64,000 nt of DNA from an uncultured bacterium (GCA_963827235.1 CAWHAE010000010.1:992001-1056000), one strand, 5' to 3'; counted from the first letter of the stretch, positions 33,984 to 43,914 are shown. Made by a program: numbers and translations. The notes: generated by a model not told the origin, from the sequence alone.

Positions 33984-35252
33984 ATGCTGATGCGCGGGCA
34001 CGCGTGTGGGGCGGTCGCCGTCCTCGTACCGATATTGCTGGGCGCATCCCCGGCCACCGGCGGCGTGCGAAACGTCCCAGTGAGCCCCGTGCAGGCGCGG
34101 TTGCCGCAGGCAGGCGTCGTGGTCGCCGAGGATCCCGCAGACTCCCGGCACCTGGTACTGGCGCTGAACGACTACAACGCCCGCCAGGGCATGAGCGTCG
34201 CGGTCAGCGAGAACGGCGGCGCTGCCTGGACCCAAGTGCAGCTGCCCAAGCTGCCGCAGGGGTATTTCGGGGATCCGCAGCTGGCGTTCGCACCGCATGG
34301 AAGAATCTACCTGGCCGGAACGGCCTACGACGGGGTGGGCAAGCCCCGGCAGGCCGTCCGTCTATCGATCAATCTGCTCAGCTCCGACGACGGAGGACGG
34401 AGCTGGCGCTGGCTTGGCCGCCCCTCGGGACCGATACCGGCGCCGCCAATACTGGACGACTACCCGGCGCTGGCCGTGGACCCCCGGAGCGGCGTGGTTA
34501 CCGTGGCATGGACGCGCATCGCCGGGAACGACGAGAGCATTGCCGTTGCCCACTCGAGCGACGGCGGGCGCACATTCTCCGCGCCGCTGCTTCTGCCGGA
34601 ACAGCGGGCTGAGAGCGCCTCCGTGGTGCTGACCAAGAGCGGCGACCCCGTCGTGGCGTTCATGGATCGGCATCGCGCGCTCATGGGCGTAGCCCTGTTC
34701 CAGCGCGGCGGGCTAGCGGCCGTGGTGAACGTGGCGCCGCTGCAACCGTTGCCGCCTCGACTTGCCGGTCTGCGATTCCGCGTGGCCAGCCGTCCCTCGC
34801 TGGCTGCCGATCGGAAAACCGGGCATCTGTACCTCGTCTGGCCGGTGCAAATGGGTGCAGACTCCGGGATGGCACTGTACGAATCCGCCGATGGCGGCAA
34901 GTACTGGCGGCGACTGGCTCAACCCGCGACCGCGGCCGGGTCCGACGTGTTCATGCCCGCGGTGGCGGTCTCGCCGGGCGGCGCGATCGCCGTCCTCTGG
35001 TACGAGCGGCTGGGCGCGCAATACCGGGTACGGGTGGCGATCGCCACCGACTGCGGAGATCGGTTTGGCCCGCCGCTGACCCTGGGCAGCAAGGCTTCAA
35101 GCCTGTATGACACGGGGCCAAGCTACCTGGGCGACTATGGCGGCCTGGCTCTGGATGCCCGGCAGGCCCATGCCGCGTGGACCGACAACCGCTCACTGCT
35201 GCCCACCATCTACACTGCCGCGGTGACCATCCCTTCCGCCGCCAGGTGCTGA
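33984..35252 (+). CDS. Secreted BNR/Asp-box (sialidase-like) beta-propeller protein
   Basis: SENGGAAW, SDDGGRSW, SSDGGRTF, SADGGKYW, YLGDYGGL. Confidence 0.85.
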   Translation: MLMRGHACGAVAVLVPILLGASPATGGVRNVPVSPVQARLPQAGVVVAEDPADSRHLVLALNDYNARQGMSVAVSENGGAAWTQVQLPKLPQGYFGDPQLAFAPHGRIYLAGTAYDGVGKPRQAVRLSINLLSSDDGGRSWRWLGRPSGPIPAPPILDDYPALAVDPRSGVVTVAWTRIAGNDESIAVAHSSDGGRTFSAPLLLPEQRAESASVVLTKSGDPVVAFMDRHRALMGVALFQRGGLAAVVNVAPLQPLPPRLAGLRFRVASRPSLAADRKTGHLYLVWPVQMGADSGMALYESADGGKYWRRLAQPATAAGSDVFMPAVAVSPGGAIAVLWYERLGAQYRVRVAIATDCGDRFGPPLTLGSKASSLYDTGPSYLGDYGGLALDARQAHAAWTDNRSLLPTIYTAAVTIPSAARC

Positions 35253-35424
35253 AACGGCGTGGAACGTCGCGGTACCGCACATGAAGCGAGTAATGACCGG
35301 CAATGGAGGACCCGCGGCGGATTGCGAAGACAGCTCTCCGTGAGCGCCGGACCGATCGGCTCAATCATCTGGCGAGTGGCTCGCCAACGGCGTACAATGC
35401 TTGCTCAGTGAGAGGGATGAGGAA

Positions 35425-35628
35425 ATGGGTTCGCGATTTCCCTTCGCGCTGCTGGTGCCCGGCGTGCTGTTTATCGCCGGCGGCTGGGTCGCTCTGCGGC
35501 GAGCCGCGGCAACCGAAAGCGATCAGGCCGCCCGCCGGCGCCGGGAAGGCATTGTCGCCATCTTCCTGGGCATCGTGCTGCTGGCTATCGCCATCCCACT
35601 GGGCATCGCCATCCAGGGGGTCATGTAG
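35425..35628 (+). CDS. Small two-TM protein
   Basis: RBS GAGG and two hydrophobic stretches. Confidence 0.65.
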   Translation: MGSRFPFALLVPGVLFIAGGWVALRRAAATESDQAARRRREGIVAIFLGIVLLAIAIPLGIAIQGVM

Positions 35629-35761
35629 CCGGCCGGCAAGGCGCGGACCAGTCTGAGCAACCGGCGACCTCCCACTCACCGGCAGGCGGCGCGCAGCTCC
35701 GGCGCAGGCCGGCACGCCTTGGATGCGCAACTTGGCGGGCGGCGATCGGGCCCACCGGCAG

Positions 35762-37726
35762 CTATCCCAGGCGAGCCTGAGGGGTACGGGTGGCAACCGG
35801 GGGCGGCGTGGCCGTGACCGTGACCGTGGGGGTCGCGCTGGGCATGCCGCCAGGGCACACGCCTTCGAGGCATGCCAGGTCGAGGGTGAAGTTCCAGGCA
35901 TAGGGAGATCCCCAGCCCGTGGCATAGTCCCAGCCCACGGTGGCCGGATTGAGCAGATTGTTGCCCTCCGTGACGTCGTGGTAGGCCGGCAGCATCTGCA
36001 GGGTGCGGCCGAGCCGGTAGACCGCAGGGTTGATCCACCCGGCGCTGGGCCGATTGTGCGCCTCCAGGTACTGGTCCGCCAGCAGGATAAGGGCAGCCCA
36101 CACGGGAGCAGAGGCGCTGGTACCACCGCCCACGACCCACTGCCGCTTCACGTAGATGCTGTACTCGTACTGGGCATCGCTGCCGCTGCCGGAAATGCTT
36201 ACGTCGGGCAGTCGCCGATACTTACCCGGCTTGCCGTTGGGCAGAGGACCCTCCCAGGACAGGTCGTCGCCGTAGGCGTCGCCGGTGAAGAAGAGCGCGC
36301 TGGTGCCGCCGCCGGATCCGCTGCCCTTTGGGCTACTTACGCTGCATCCGGGCACGTAGCCCGCGCAAGACCAGGCTTTTTCGTAGCCGTAGGTGCTCCG
36401 CCCGGCCACCACCGGTCCCAGATAGAGCTCCGTGGCCGCCACGGCGAGCACGTACGGATCGGAGGCCGGCAGGTTGACGCTCGGCGAGCCGGCAGAGGAC
36501 CTGCTTGCGCAGGCGTAGGCGCCGGTGTCGCCCGTGGCGCCGACGATCGTCGTGCCCTGCAGACTGAGCTGGGCGAAGATCGCGTGCTCGCTCATCACCA
36601 GCCCCGGTATGCGGGCCGCCGTGGCCTCGCACACCGTCCACGAGGTAGCCACCACCTGCACGTCGGTGGCTGCTATCTGGCTGTACACGTCCAGAAGACT
36701 GACGCCCGTGACGTCGTTTCCCGGCGCGTCGTAGACGTCGATCGACGCTCGCGGGGCCATTGCCGAGAGCAACTCGATGTCCAGCGTGGCCTCCGAGTTG
36801 AGCGTGGCCGAGCCATTGCCGCCGTCGACCTGGACATCGCTGAGCGCCGGCTTGATGCCGGCCCACCTGGCGTAGGTGGCGATGTCCGCCGGATCATACG
36901 AGGTAAACTCGACCAGCGCGGCTCGCGTGCGCTCGCCGTGGTAGCCCGCGTTGTAGAGGGCGCGGAAGTTGTAGGCGTCGGCGATGCGCCCGGGGTCGTA
37001 CCCGGCGGTGGGACCCTGCGCGGTAGGAGCGAGTGCATCCGCACGCAGGGACGGCACGGCCACGGCCCGCGCCGTGCCGGAGAGCCCCACGATAGTCTGC
37101 ACGAGAGCGGCAAACCGCGCGGGCACGGACGGCTCCCGATCCGGTGCAAAAAGAAGATCCTCTCCCGAGTACCCGTTCCCCGCGGCTGCCGCGACGTGCT
37201 CTGCTGTGCCCGATCCGGCCGGGTGCACTCGACCGCTTGCCGGCGCCACCAAACGGAGGTCGGTCGCGAACGCGGCGCCGAACCGCTCGGCAGTGCCGTC
37301 GACGTCCAGAATGCGGCCGCCGCTCCACGGCCGGGGCGCCAGGCCCTGCGATCGCAGCCAGGCAACGAAGCCGGATACCTCGACGGGGCTTGGGCCGAAG
37401 CGCGCCTGCACCGTCGAGGGCGAAAGGTATTGGTGATAGCGGTCGCCGGACGGGTCGACGACGTCGTCGATGGCGCGCTGCAGTCCGGCCGGATCCCGGG
37501 AGGCGAGAAGCACCGCTACTGCCATGCGTGAGTTGTCCGGAACAGGGGATCCAAGCAGCGAGGCGTTCCGCGTCACGGCCAGTGGCACCACTCCGGCTAC
37601 CGCGACCGCGGTGAGTGGGGCGGCCAGCCTCGACGCGCCGGCAGCAGGCCCGGCAAGCGAGGCACACGCGGTGCAGACGAGGAGAAGCCAGCGGGCGGCA
37701 AACCGCCCGGCACGCCGGGCGGTCAT
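35762..37726 (-). CDS. S53 (sedolisin/kumamolisin) peptidase with propeptide
   Basis: Signal peptide, pro-domain YHQYLS, EATLD, ATGDTG, catalytic GGTSASAP, GWDYATGWGSP. Confidence 0.93.
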   Translation of the reverse strand: MTARRAGRFAARWLLLVCTACASLAGPAAGASRLAAPLTAVAVAGVVPLAVTRNASLLGSPVPDNSRMAVAVLLASRDPAGLQRAIDDVVDPSGDRYHQYLSPSTVQARFGPSPVEVSGFVAWLRSQGLAPRPWSGGRILDVDGTAERFGAAFATDLRLVAPASGRVHPAGSGTAEHVAAAAGNGYSGEDLLFAPDREPSVPARFAALVQTIVGLSGTARAVAVPSLRADALAPTAQGPTAGYDPGRIADAYNFRALYNAGYHGERTRAALVEFTSYDPADIATYARWAGIKPALSDVQVDGGNGSATLNSEATLDIELLSAMAPRASIDVYDAPGNDVTGVSLLDVYSQIAATDVQVVATSWTVCEATAARIPGLVMSEHAIFAQLSLQGTTIVGATGDTGAYACASRSSAGSPSVNLPASDPYVLAVAATELYLGPVVAGRSTYGYEKAWSCAGYVPGCSVSSPKGSGSGGGTSALFFTGDAYGDDLSWEGPLPNGKPGKYRRLPDVSISGSGSDAQYEYSIYVKRQWVVGGGTSASAPVWAALILLADQYLEAHNRPSAGWINPAVYRLGRTLQMLPAYHDVTEGNNLLNPATVGWDYATGWGSPYAWNFTLDLACLEGVCPGGMPSATPTVTVTATPPPVATRTPQARLG

Positions 37727-37763
37727 GATCGCGGTCCGCCAGGAGCCGGCGGCAACCGCACGC

Positions 37764-38009
37764 TCATCTTCGCCCGGGAAGCCACGCCGAGACGACCAGG
37801 GCGACGCCAATCACGAGCGCAAACATCGAGCCGCGCTCGTTGCGCGTCGTGCGCGGCGCGAGCAGCAGGAAGAGCGCAAGCGCGATGAGCAGCAGCCCTG
37901 CTGCCGTGATCGCGATACGCCCGGCGGCGGTCAGCACGCGGCCCGAATCCGGCGAACGGCGGCGGGCACGCGCAGCCGCGGCACGTCGGCGGTGGCGATT
38001 GGCCGGCAT
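37764..38009 (-). CDS. Small two-TM protein
   Basis: AAGLLLIALALFLLL and MFALVIGVALVVSAW. Confidence 0.55.
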   Translation of the reverse strand: MPANRHRRRAAAARARRRSPDSGRVLTAAGRIAITAAGLLLIALALFLLLAPRTTRNERGSMFALVIGVALVVSAWLPGRR

Positions 38010-38189
38010 GTGCCATCTCGCAGTCACCCTAGTAGCTTGTCAACAGACATTCGTCGCGCATGGAACCGCGCCTGCGACCGCGGTCGCATGGCAGCACCTG
38101 GGGCACCGCGGTGCGGAGAGAACACAAACGTCGATGGTTGACAAGCTACCAGAGGGTGGGAACCTGGAACGGCGGCACGACGAACGATC

Positions 38190-39095
38190 TCACTCACTGA
38201 TCAGCCTCCGCTCGAGGACCTGGTCCCGCGAAAACCCTCGCAGCTGGAGGAACGCTTCGGCGGCATCCAGCATCGCGTCCAGCGGTATCAATCCTACCAC
38301 CTCCGACCGCACTACCGGGACTCCCCAACGTGCCGATTCGGATCGGATAAGGTCCATCACACGTACGATGCTGGTTGCCTTGAAGTTGGTGAGGTTCATG
38401 CTCACCTGCGTGGTACCGGAGCCTGCCAGCTCCAGGCCCAGCGCTTTGACATAGCGGAGGCCGCCCGAGCTGTGCCGGACAGCCCTGGCGATGGACTTAG
38501 CCAGGGCGGGGTCGGCGGTGCCGAGGTAGACGTTAAAGGCAATCAGCGGCCGCCGCGCGCCGACGGCCACCGCACCGGCCGTGGGGTGAACGGCTCGCGG
38601 ACCGTAGTCCGGTGCACGATCGGGATCGACGGGGAGCACGGTTCGCAGCGATTCGAACCCGCCCCTGCGAACGTTTTCCAGATTCACGCGGTCCGGACGC
38701 CGAGCCGCCTCTTCATAGAGATACACGGGAATGCCGAAGTCCCGCGAGATGGCCTCGCCGAGCGAGATCGCCAACTCGACACACCGAGACATCGGCGTGT
38801 CCGACAGCGGCACAAAGGGAAACACGTCGAGAGCGCCCATACGCGGATGCGCTCCTTCGTGCGTACGCAGGTCGATGTGCTCCAGCGCCGCCCGCGCCGC
38901 TGCCAACCCCGATTCGACGGCCCGAGCCACCGGCACGACGTAGGTCAGCACGAAGCGATTGTGATCGGCATCGGCATGCACGTCGAGCACGCGCACGCCT
39001 TCCACCGACGCAACCATGTCTCTGATCGCCGCTATCACCTCGGGGCGTCGCCCCTCGGAGAAGTTGGGCACGCACTCGACTAGCTGGTCCGACAA
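38190..39095 (-). CDS. ftcD: Glutamate formiminotransferase
   Basis: LVECVPNFSEGRR, DADHNR, HPRMGALDVFPF, QVSMNL. Confidence 0.96.
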   Translation of the reverse strand: MSDQLVECVPNFSEGRRPEVIAAIRDMVASVEGVRVLDVHADADHNRFVLTYVVPVARAVESGLAAARAALEHIDLRTHEGAHPRMGALDVFPFVPLSDTPMSRCVELAISLGEAISRDFGIPVYLYEEAARRPDRVNLENVRRGGFESLRTVLPVDPDRAPDYGPRAVHPTAGAVAVGARRPLIAFNVYLGTADPALAKSIARAVRHSSGGLRYVKALGLELAGSGTTQVSMNLTNFKATSIVRVMDLIRSESARWGVPVVRSEVVGLIPLDAMLDAAEAFLQLRGFSRDQVLERRLISE

Positions 39096-39103
39096 CGCTC
39101 ACC

Positions 39104-40270
39104 TCACTCAGTCCTGGACGGACAGTCCGCCGCGCAGGGGCGGGAGCCGCACCGCGGGCACACCGCATAGGTGCCTCGAAAGAACTTAGCTCGATCGAAG
39201 GCATGAACGCCAGTACGAGTGCCGGATGAAGGCTCGGCGAAGTCGTCCACGATAGCCCGCACGAGCGTCGCGGCACGGTCTCGACAGGAGCGGCGGCCAA
39301 TCCAGGCCAGCTGCCGCTCGACGCGCTCCGCGGGCATCTCGGCGACCAGCTGGCGCGCTCGCCCGGCAGCAATTCCCTCTGCCACCAGTCTTCCGACGAG
39401 CGACGGATCGGGCGGCGCGGACGGCGGCGGCACGTGCCCGGCGGGCTGCTCGGTCACGCGCATGGGCCGGATCGGCTGAGCTCCGGCATCGACGCGCTCT
39501 TCCGGCGCCCGGCCCTGAGCAGACACTGCACGCCGGCTCACACCGGTTCTTTCGGGTAGAGCGTGCCCGGCGGCTCGTTCTCGCGCTTTTGAGAGACCGG
39601 TGGAAAAGGCAACAACACGTCCGCTTGTCTTGCTTACAGTTTCTTGCTGTAACAGTCTTTCGACGGTTTTCTGCTCTGTTCGAGGATCAGGCGTGGATGG
39701 GCCGGGGATCAGCCGCGGAGGCGCGGGGCTCACTAGGCGATCCTCGGGGGTCAAGGGCAGAGGGCCGGGGGTCAGCGCTTGACCCTGCGGGTGCAGTATG
39801 TGACCCTGCGGCCCACGCGCGGCGTGCGCCCCCTGGTCGGCCGGCAGCTGGCGCATGCGCGGCGCATAGAACTTCTTGATCCGACCCTTATCGCTGTCGT
39901 CGGTCTCCACGATCACGAAGCCGTGTGAGACGGCGTCCTGGATGCCTTTCTTGATGCTGTTCTCCGCCATTCCGCAGCCGGCGTCGATGCGGGAGCCGTC
40001 GCGGCGCTTCCGGCCGTGCATGAACTCGTCCATGGTGATGAGCTTGGCCAGGCCGTATTCGTGGTATCCCCACGTATGGCGCAAGATGTATTCGACCACC
40101 TTCTGCTCGGCCCACGACGTGAAGCGGGCGGCAAGGTCGAACCAATTGTTGGGCAGCCGCCAGAAATTGCTCTCCGGCAGATCAAAGCCAGAAAACGGCA
40201 TGCTGCCGCCCGGCCCGCCCTCACCATGCGCGTTCTCGGCGATGGGGGCCCGTTCGTGAACGTCCTGCAC
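39104..40270 (-). CDS. Phage replication protein O / DnaD-like initiator with a C-terminal Cys cluster
   Basis: N-terminal winged helix (LPNNWFD...AEQKVVEYILRHTWGY...SIKKGIQDAVSHGFV), Pro-rich linker, small helical domain (LVAEGIAAGRARQLV...LVRAIVDDF), CPRCGSRPCAADC. Start is GTG 40270 or ATG 40201. Confidence 0.65.
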   Translation of the reverse strand: MQDVHERAPIAENAHGEGGPGGSMPFSGFDLPESNFWRLPNNWFDLAARFTSWAEQKVVEYILRHTWGYHEYGLAKLITMDEFMHGRKRRDGSRIDAGCGMAENSIKKGIQDAVSHGFVIVETDDSDKGRIKKFYAPRMRQLPADQGAHAARGPQGHILHPQGQALTPGPLPLTPEDRLVSPAPPRLIPGPSTPDPRTEQKTVERLLQQETVSKTSGRVVAFSTGLSKARERAAGHALPERTGVSRRAVSAQGRAPEERVDAGAQPIRPMRVTEQPAGHVPPPSAPPDPSLVGRLVAEGIAAGRARQLVAEMPAERVERQLAWIGRRSCRDRAATLVRAIVDDFAEPSSGTRTGVHAFDRAKFFRGTYAVCPRCGSRPCAADCPSRTE

Positions 40271-40287
40271 GTTCTCCGCTCCCGGCG

Positions 40288-41352
40288 CTACCAGCGCAAT
40301 TCCATGACCGACGTAGCGCCGCGCTGGATCTGGCGGAAGGACGTCAGCAACCCTTCCTGCACGAGCTTGTCGAGCGCGCGGCGCAAGGTGACTCCCGCCT
40401 GCGAGACGTTCTTGTTTGTGATGCCGGCTTCTTGCAGGAGCAGATTGAGGGCGACGCCCATCAGCCGCGACTGTGTCGACACCTGGCATCTCTGCACGTA
40501 CAGCCGCAAGTTGTCCACGCTGCGCCCGGTACGCTGCGCGCCACGGCCGGCGATGGCGCCGCGCCGCTTGCCCGAGCGGACGACCGTCATGCGCGGCAGA
40601 AGCTGGTAATGGCTGCCCGGGCGTCCTTCCGCATCGCGGACGCCCTTGTACCAGATAGAGTTAATGCTCACCTGGATCACGTCCGGGAGACCGCGGCGGA
40701 ATACCTCACGCAGGGGCATCTTGCGCACGTCTTCGTCGGCGGAGGTGAAGCCCAGGGCCGACAGCAAGGGAGCACTGAAGGCTTTGGTCGTCTTGCCCCG
40801 TCGCTGGTACAGCTCGACGTTCGTGAGGTGCAACGCCTGCAGCGTGCGTGTGAGGCGGCGGCGATTCACGCTGTAGTGGATGCCCCTGCTGTCTCGCGTA
40901 TAGCCAAGCCGGTCCAGCAGCTCGTTAATGGAGACTGTGATGTCGGGGCGGCGATAGAACGGCGGATCGTTGGCTACTTCGAACAGAAGGTGCATCACGT
41001 GCGCGGGAAACTCGCCCACGAAATGCCGCAGCAACTCGACGACACCTTCCTCCGAGCGCTGATCGCGTTCCGAGGGGATAAGCGGCAACTGCAAGGCGGT
41101 GGACGGTCGATGCAAGGACCAGCCTTCCTCGTCCGTCTGCGGAAATTCGTCGTCGCCCAGCGGCTGGTGTATGGCTGCTCTGTAGGCCGCGTAATCCGCG
41201 TCCAGGGCAATGAACTCGATCTCCTGCTGGATCTGCAGCCGGAACTCTACCTCAATCTCGGTGAGCGGCTGGCCGGTGAGCACATCGATGTCGCCGACGG
41301 TCGGCAGGGCAGAACGCTCGGCGGGCACGCGCTGGGGCAGATGTTCACTCAT
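40288..41352 (-). CDS. Putative plasmid-type replication initiator (tandem winged helix, TrfA/Rep_3-like)
   Basis: ITVSINELLDRLGY...NRRRLTRTLQALHLTNVEL and VALNLLLQEAGI...TLRRALDKLVQEGLLTSF; strong AGGAGGT RBS; iteron-like array upstream. Confidence 0.6.
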   Translation of the reverse strand: MSEHLPQRVPAERSALPTVGDIDVLTGQPLTEIEVEFRLQIQQEIEFIALDADYAAYRAAIHQPLGDDEFPQTDEEGWSLHRPSTALQLPLIPSERDQRSEEGVVELLRHFVGEFPAHVMHLLFEVANDPPFYRRPDITVSINELLDRLGYTRDSRGIHYSVNRRRLTRTLQALHLTNVELYQRRGKTTKAFSAPLLSALGFTSADEDVRKMPLREVFRRGLPDVIQVSINSIWYKGVRDAEGRPGSHYQLLPRMTVVRSGKRRGAIAGRGAQRTGRSVDNLRLYVQRCQVSTQSRLMGVALNLLLQEAGITNKNVSQAGVTLRRALDKLVQEGLLTSFRQIQRGATSVMELRW

Positions 41353-41493
41353 GGCCGCTTACCACCTCCTGCAGAGGACTTTAGGGCAACGCGAAAGCGA
41401 GTGCAAGAGGGCACGCAACGGCGGTCGACATGCCGGGACGGCGCGGAACTCTGCGACAATGGAGCACCTCCAGAGTAGAGTCTCCACAAGTAT

Positions 41494-41623
41494 TCACACA
41501 GCGGCTCCACGAAGCCTCACACAGCGGCTCCACAGCGGCCACACATTTGGTCCGTCGCCAATCCCACTTTCGCTCCACGTGGATTCACACATCGGCTCCA
41601 TATGACCTCACACAGCGGCTCCA
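41494..41623. repeat. Six 16-bp iteron-like direct repeats, consensus TCACACAGCGGCTCCA
   Basis: Copies start at 41494, 41517, 41539 (degenerate), 41562 (degenerate), 41585 (one mismatch) and 41608; period 22-23 bp. Confidence 0.88.
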
Positions 41624-41665
41624 AGCTCGCGAGCAGGGCCTGCCTCCATGCGATCATCTTGCAGG

Positions 41666-42085
41666 TTATTGAACATCGATGCGATGGTCGTGATCAACCG
41701 GCGTGTGAACGGCCCCCGGATCGAGCGGCGCGCCCGCACTGTCGTGGGCCGAGGCACAACACACTACAGATGGCGTGGCAGCCGCGGTCGAGGGATGCGC
41801 AGCGATACGTGATTGACACTCTGGTAGCTCCGGCGCACGGTCGTCAGGATCGGCATCGAAATAGCCGAGGCCGGCGGCGTAGCGCAGCGTGGTGTCGAGC
41901 CCACCACCGGGCGTGGGCGGCGGCAGGCAGGCTATTTGCGCCTGCAGCGCGGCGACGGCGTCGTGGTCGCCGCGGTACATGGCGACGACGATGGCAGCGC
42001 CCAAACGCAGGTGCTCCTGGTCGGACGCGTCGCCGCCGGCGCACTGCCGGCTCTCCAGCCGGGCCAGTCGTGCCCTGGTACTCAT
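41666..42085 (-). CDS. Hypothetical phage/satellite-like protein
   Basis: MSTRARLARLES...; ATGA-coupled to the upstream ORF. Confidence 0.55.
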   Translation of the reverse strand: MSTRARLARLESRQCAGGDASDQEHLRLGAAIVVAMYRGDHDAVAALQAQIACLPPPTPGGGLDTTLRYAAGLGYFDADPDDRAPELPECQSRIAAHPSTAAATPSVVCCASAHDSAGAPLDPGAVHTPVDHDHRIDVQ

Positions 42086-42462
42086 GGCAGAGCCTCGGCC
42101 CGGCGCTGTTGCGCGGCCGTGGCGTCCTCGAGTGCCTGCAGGCGCTGCGTGGTGTCGGCCTGGTCGTAGAGGCGGGCGATGGCGGAGGCGACCGCAGCCA
42201 TGGCGGTGGCGGAGCGGGCGTCGCATTCGCCGGCGGCGAGCGCTGCCAGGGTGGTGTAGAGATGGTTCAGCACGGGCTTGAGGGTGGCGGGCATCCGGCG
42301 GGCGGTGCGCCGCACGGTGGACTTGCCGTACCCCCCGGCCTGCCGGGCTGCGGCGCGTCGCAGCTGCAGGTCGGGGTCGTGGGCAAAGCAGTAGGGGCGG
42401 TTGGGACGGGCGCGCGCGGAGCAGGGCCGGCCGCTGATACGCGTGGCGGTACAGGTGGGCAT
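42082..42462 (-). CDS. Small C3H zinc-finger plus helical protein (mobile-element type)
   Basis: MPTCTATRISGRPCSARARPNRPYCFAHDP...RLQALED; GGAGG RBS. Confidence 0.7.
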   Translation of the reverse strand: MPTCTATRISGRPCSARARPNRPYCFAHDPDLQLRRAAARQAGGYGKSTVRRTARRMPATLKPVLNHLYTTLAALAAGECDARSATAMAAVASAIARLYDQADTTQRLQALEDATAAQQRRAEALP

Positions 42463-42475
42463 GGTCTGTGCCCTC

Positions 42476-42505
42476 CAAGCATTGGCAAGCATTGGCAAGC
42501 ATTGG
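42476..42505. repeat. 10-bp tandem repeat (caagcattgg)x3
   Basis: Read directly; lies just upstream of the RBS of the ORF starting at 42462. Confidence 0.85.
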
Positions 42506-42569
42506 CAACCATCCGCGTTGCGCGGCGCGGCGCGGGCCGGATCGAGGTCCGTGGTGGAGCGTGTGCTAT

Positions 42570-42585
42570 TAGAACGTCTGTTCTA
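42570..42585. promoter_or_regulatory. LexA (Cheo-type) SOS box
   Basis: TAGAAC-gtct-GTTCTA matches GAAC-N4-GTTC with extended symmetry, in an intergenic promoter region. Confidence 0.7.
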
Positions 42586-42811
42586 TCTACGAACCCAGTC
42601 TAGCACGGAATCGCAGTTTGTCAAGGAAGACACAGGGAGCGTGCCGTGCGAGAGCTTGACGCCGGCATCCGCAACATTCGCCACAAATCCGCGGCACCGA
42701 TCGGCCCGGCGGCAGGCGACACTGCTTCGTCCGCACCCGCGAAAGGATTGCTCGCGACCGACGTTATCACTTATTAGAGGTCAGGACGAGGGAAGGGGAC
42801 GTGCCTCCACC

Positions 42812-43441
42812 ATGTGGGCAATGCTCTGGTTACCGCTCGCGACTGCACCCGCTGCTCCGGAACGGCACGCCCACTCGCGGAGCACGGACGAGGCGTTGGT
42901 TGCCGCGTTCAAGGGGGGCGACGTACGGGCGTTCGACGTACTCTTCGCCCGCTATCGCCAGCCCATCTTCGGCTACGTGTATCGCAGCATGGGTGACGCC
43001 GCGCTGGCCGAGGAGCTGACGCAGGATGTGTTCCTCAAAGCGTTCCTGCACCTGCGTCTGACGGCGCCAGGGACGATCTTCAGGGCCTGGATTTACCGCA
43101 TCGCCACCACCACCTGCATCGACGCCCGTCGTGCCGCGGCGCGGCGCCCGGTGCCGGTGCGCGACGCGGAGGAGCCGGCGCAGACCGCCGATCGGGATGC
43201 CGGCGATCCGGAACAGCGCGAGATTCAGCGCGAGCAGGGACGCGCGCTACGCCGGGCGCTCGACGCGCTGCCAGGACACTACCGGCAGGCGCTGATCCTG
43301 CGGCAGCTGCAAGAGCTCACGTACGCGGAGATTGGCGAGGCAATGGGGACCAGCGTGGAGGCCGTCACGTCGCTGATCCATCGAGCCCGGCAGGCGTTCC
43401 GCACCGCCTACAGCCGGCAAGATCAGGAGGAAGATCGATGA
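42812..43441 (+). CDS. ECF sigma-70 factor
   Basis: AEELTQDVFLKA, FRAWIYRIA, LTYAEIGEAMG...VTSLIHRAR. Confidence 0.93.
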   Translation: MWAMLWLPLATAPAAPERHAHSRSTDEALVAAFKGGDVRAFDVLFARYRQPIFGYVYRSMGDAALAEELTQDVFLKAFLHLRLTAPGTIFRAWIYRIATTTCIDARRAAARRPVPVRDAEEPAQTADRDAGDPEQREIQREQGRALRRALDALPGHYRQALILRQLQELTYAEIGEAMGTSVEAVTSLIHRARQAFRTAYSRQDQEEDR

Positions 43442-43914
43442 ACGATGCACACGCAACCCTGGAACCGCTGCTTTCCGCCTATCTCGACGGCGAGCTGGAC
43501 GCGTCGCGCCGCCACCTCGTGGCAGCACACGTGGCGACCTGCGCGATCTGCGCGCAGGAACTGGCGCAGCTACGGGCCGGCGACGAGGCGTTGGCCAGCC
43601 TGCAGCCCACGCCGGCGGCGCCGGACCTGCGCGCGCAACTGCGCCGGCGCCTGCGCCGGCAGGGCGCGCCAAAGGCAGTGGCCGGCGGGTTCATCGCCAT
43701 CATCTTCCTGCTCCTGCGCGCCCTGCCGCACGAGCTGGCGATCGTGAAGCGCAAGGACCTGCCGCTCTGGGGCCGGATGGGCATTGCCTCGAGCCGCATG
43801 CTGATGCTGACCCCAGGGATCGCGCTCTGCGTCGAGCTCCTGCGCGACGTGCGGACACTCGCTGAGTACGCCTGGGTGAGCGGCGAGGCCAGCGATACTG
43901 GAGAACGAGAATGA
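43438..43914 (+). CDS. zf-HC2 anti-sigma factor
   Basis: LSAYLDGEL...HVATCAIC followed by a TM helix. Confidence 0.9.
   Translation: MNDAHATLEPLLSAYLDGELDASRRHLVAAHVATCAICAQELAQLRAGDEALASLQPTPAAPDLRAQLRRRLRRQGAPKAVAGGFIAIIFLLLRALPHELAIVKRKDLPLWGRMGIASSRMLMLTPGIALCVELLRDVRTLAEYAWVSGEASDTGERE

Noticed and set aside
41494-41623. CRISPR array
   Set aside because: Repeats are 16 bp with only 6-7 bp between them, and there are no cas genes in the window.
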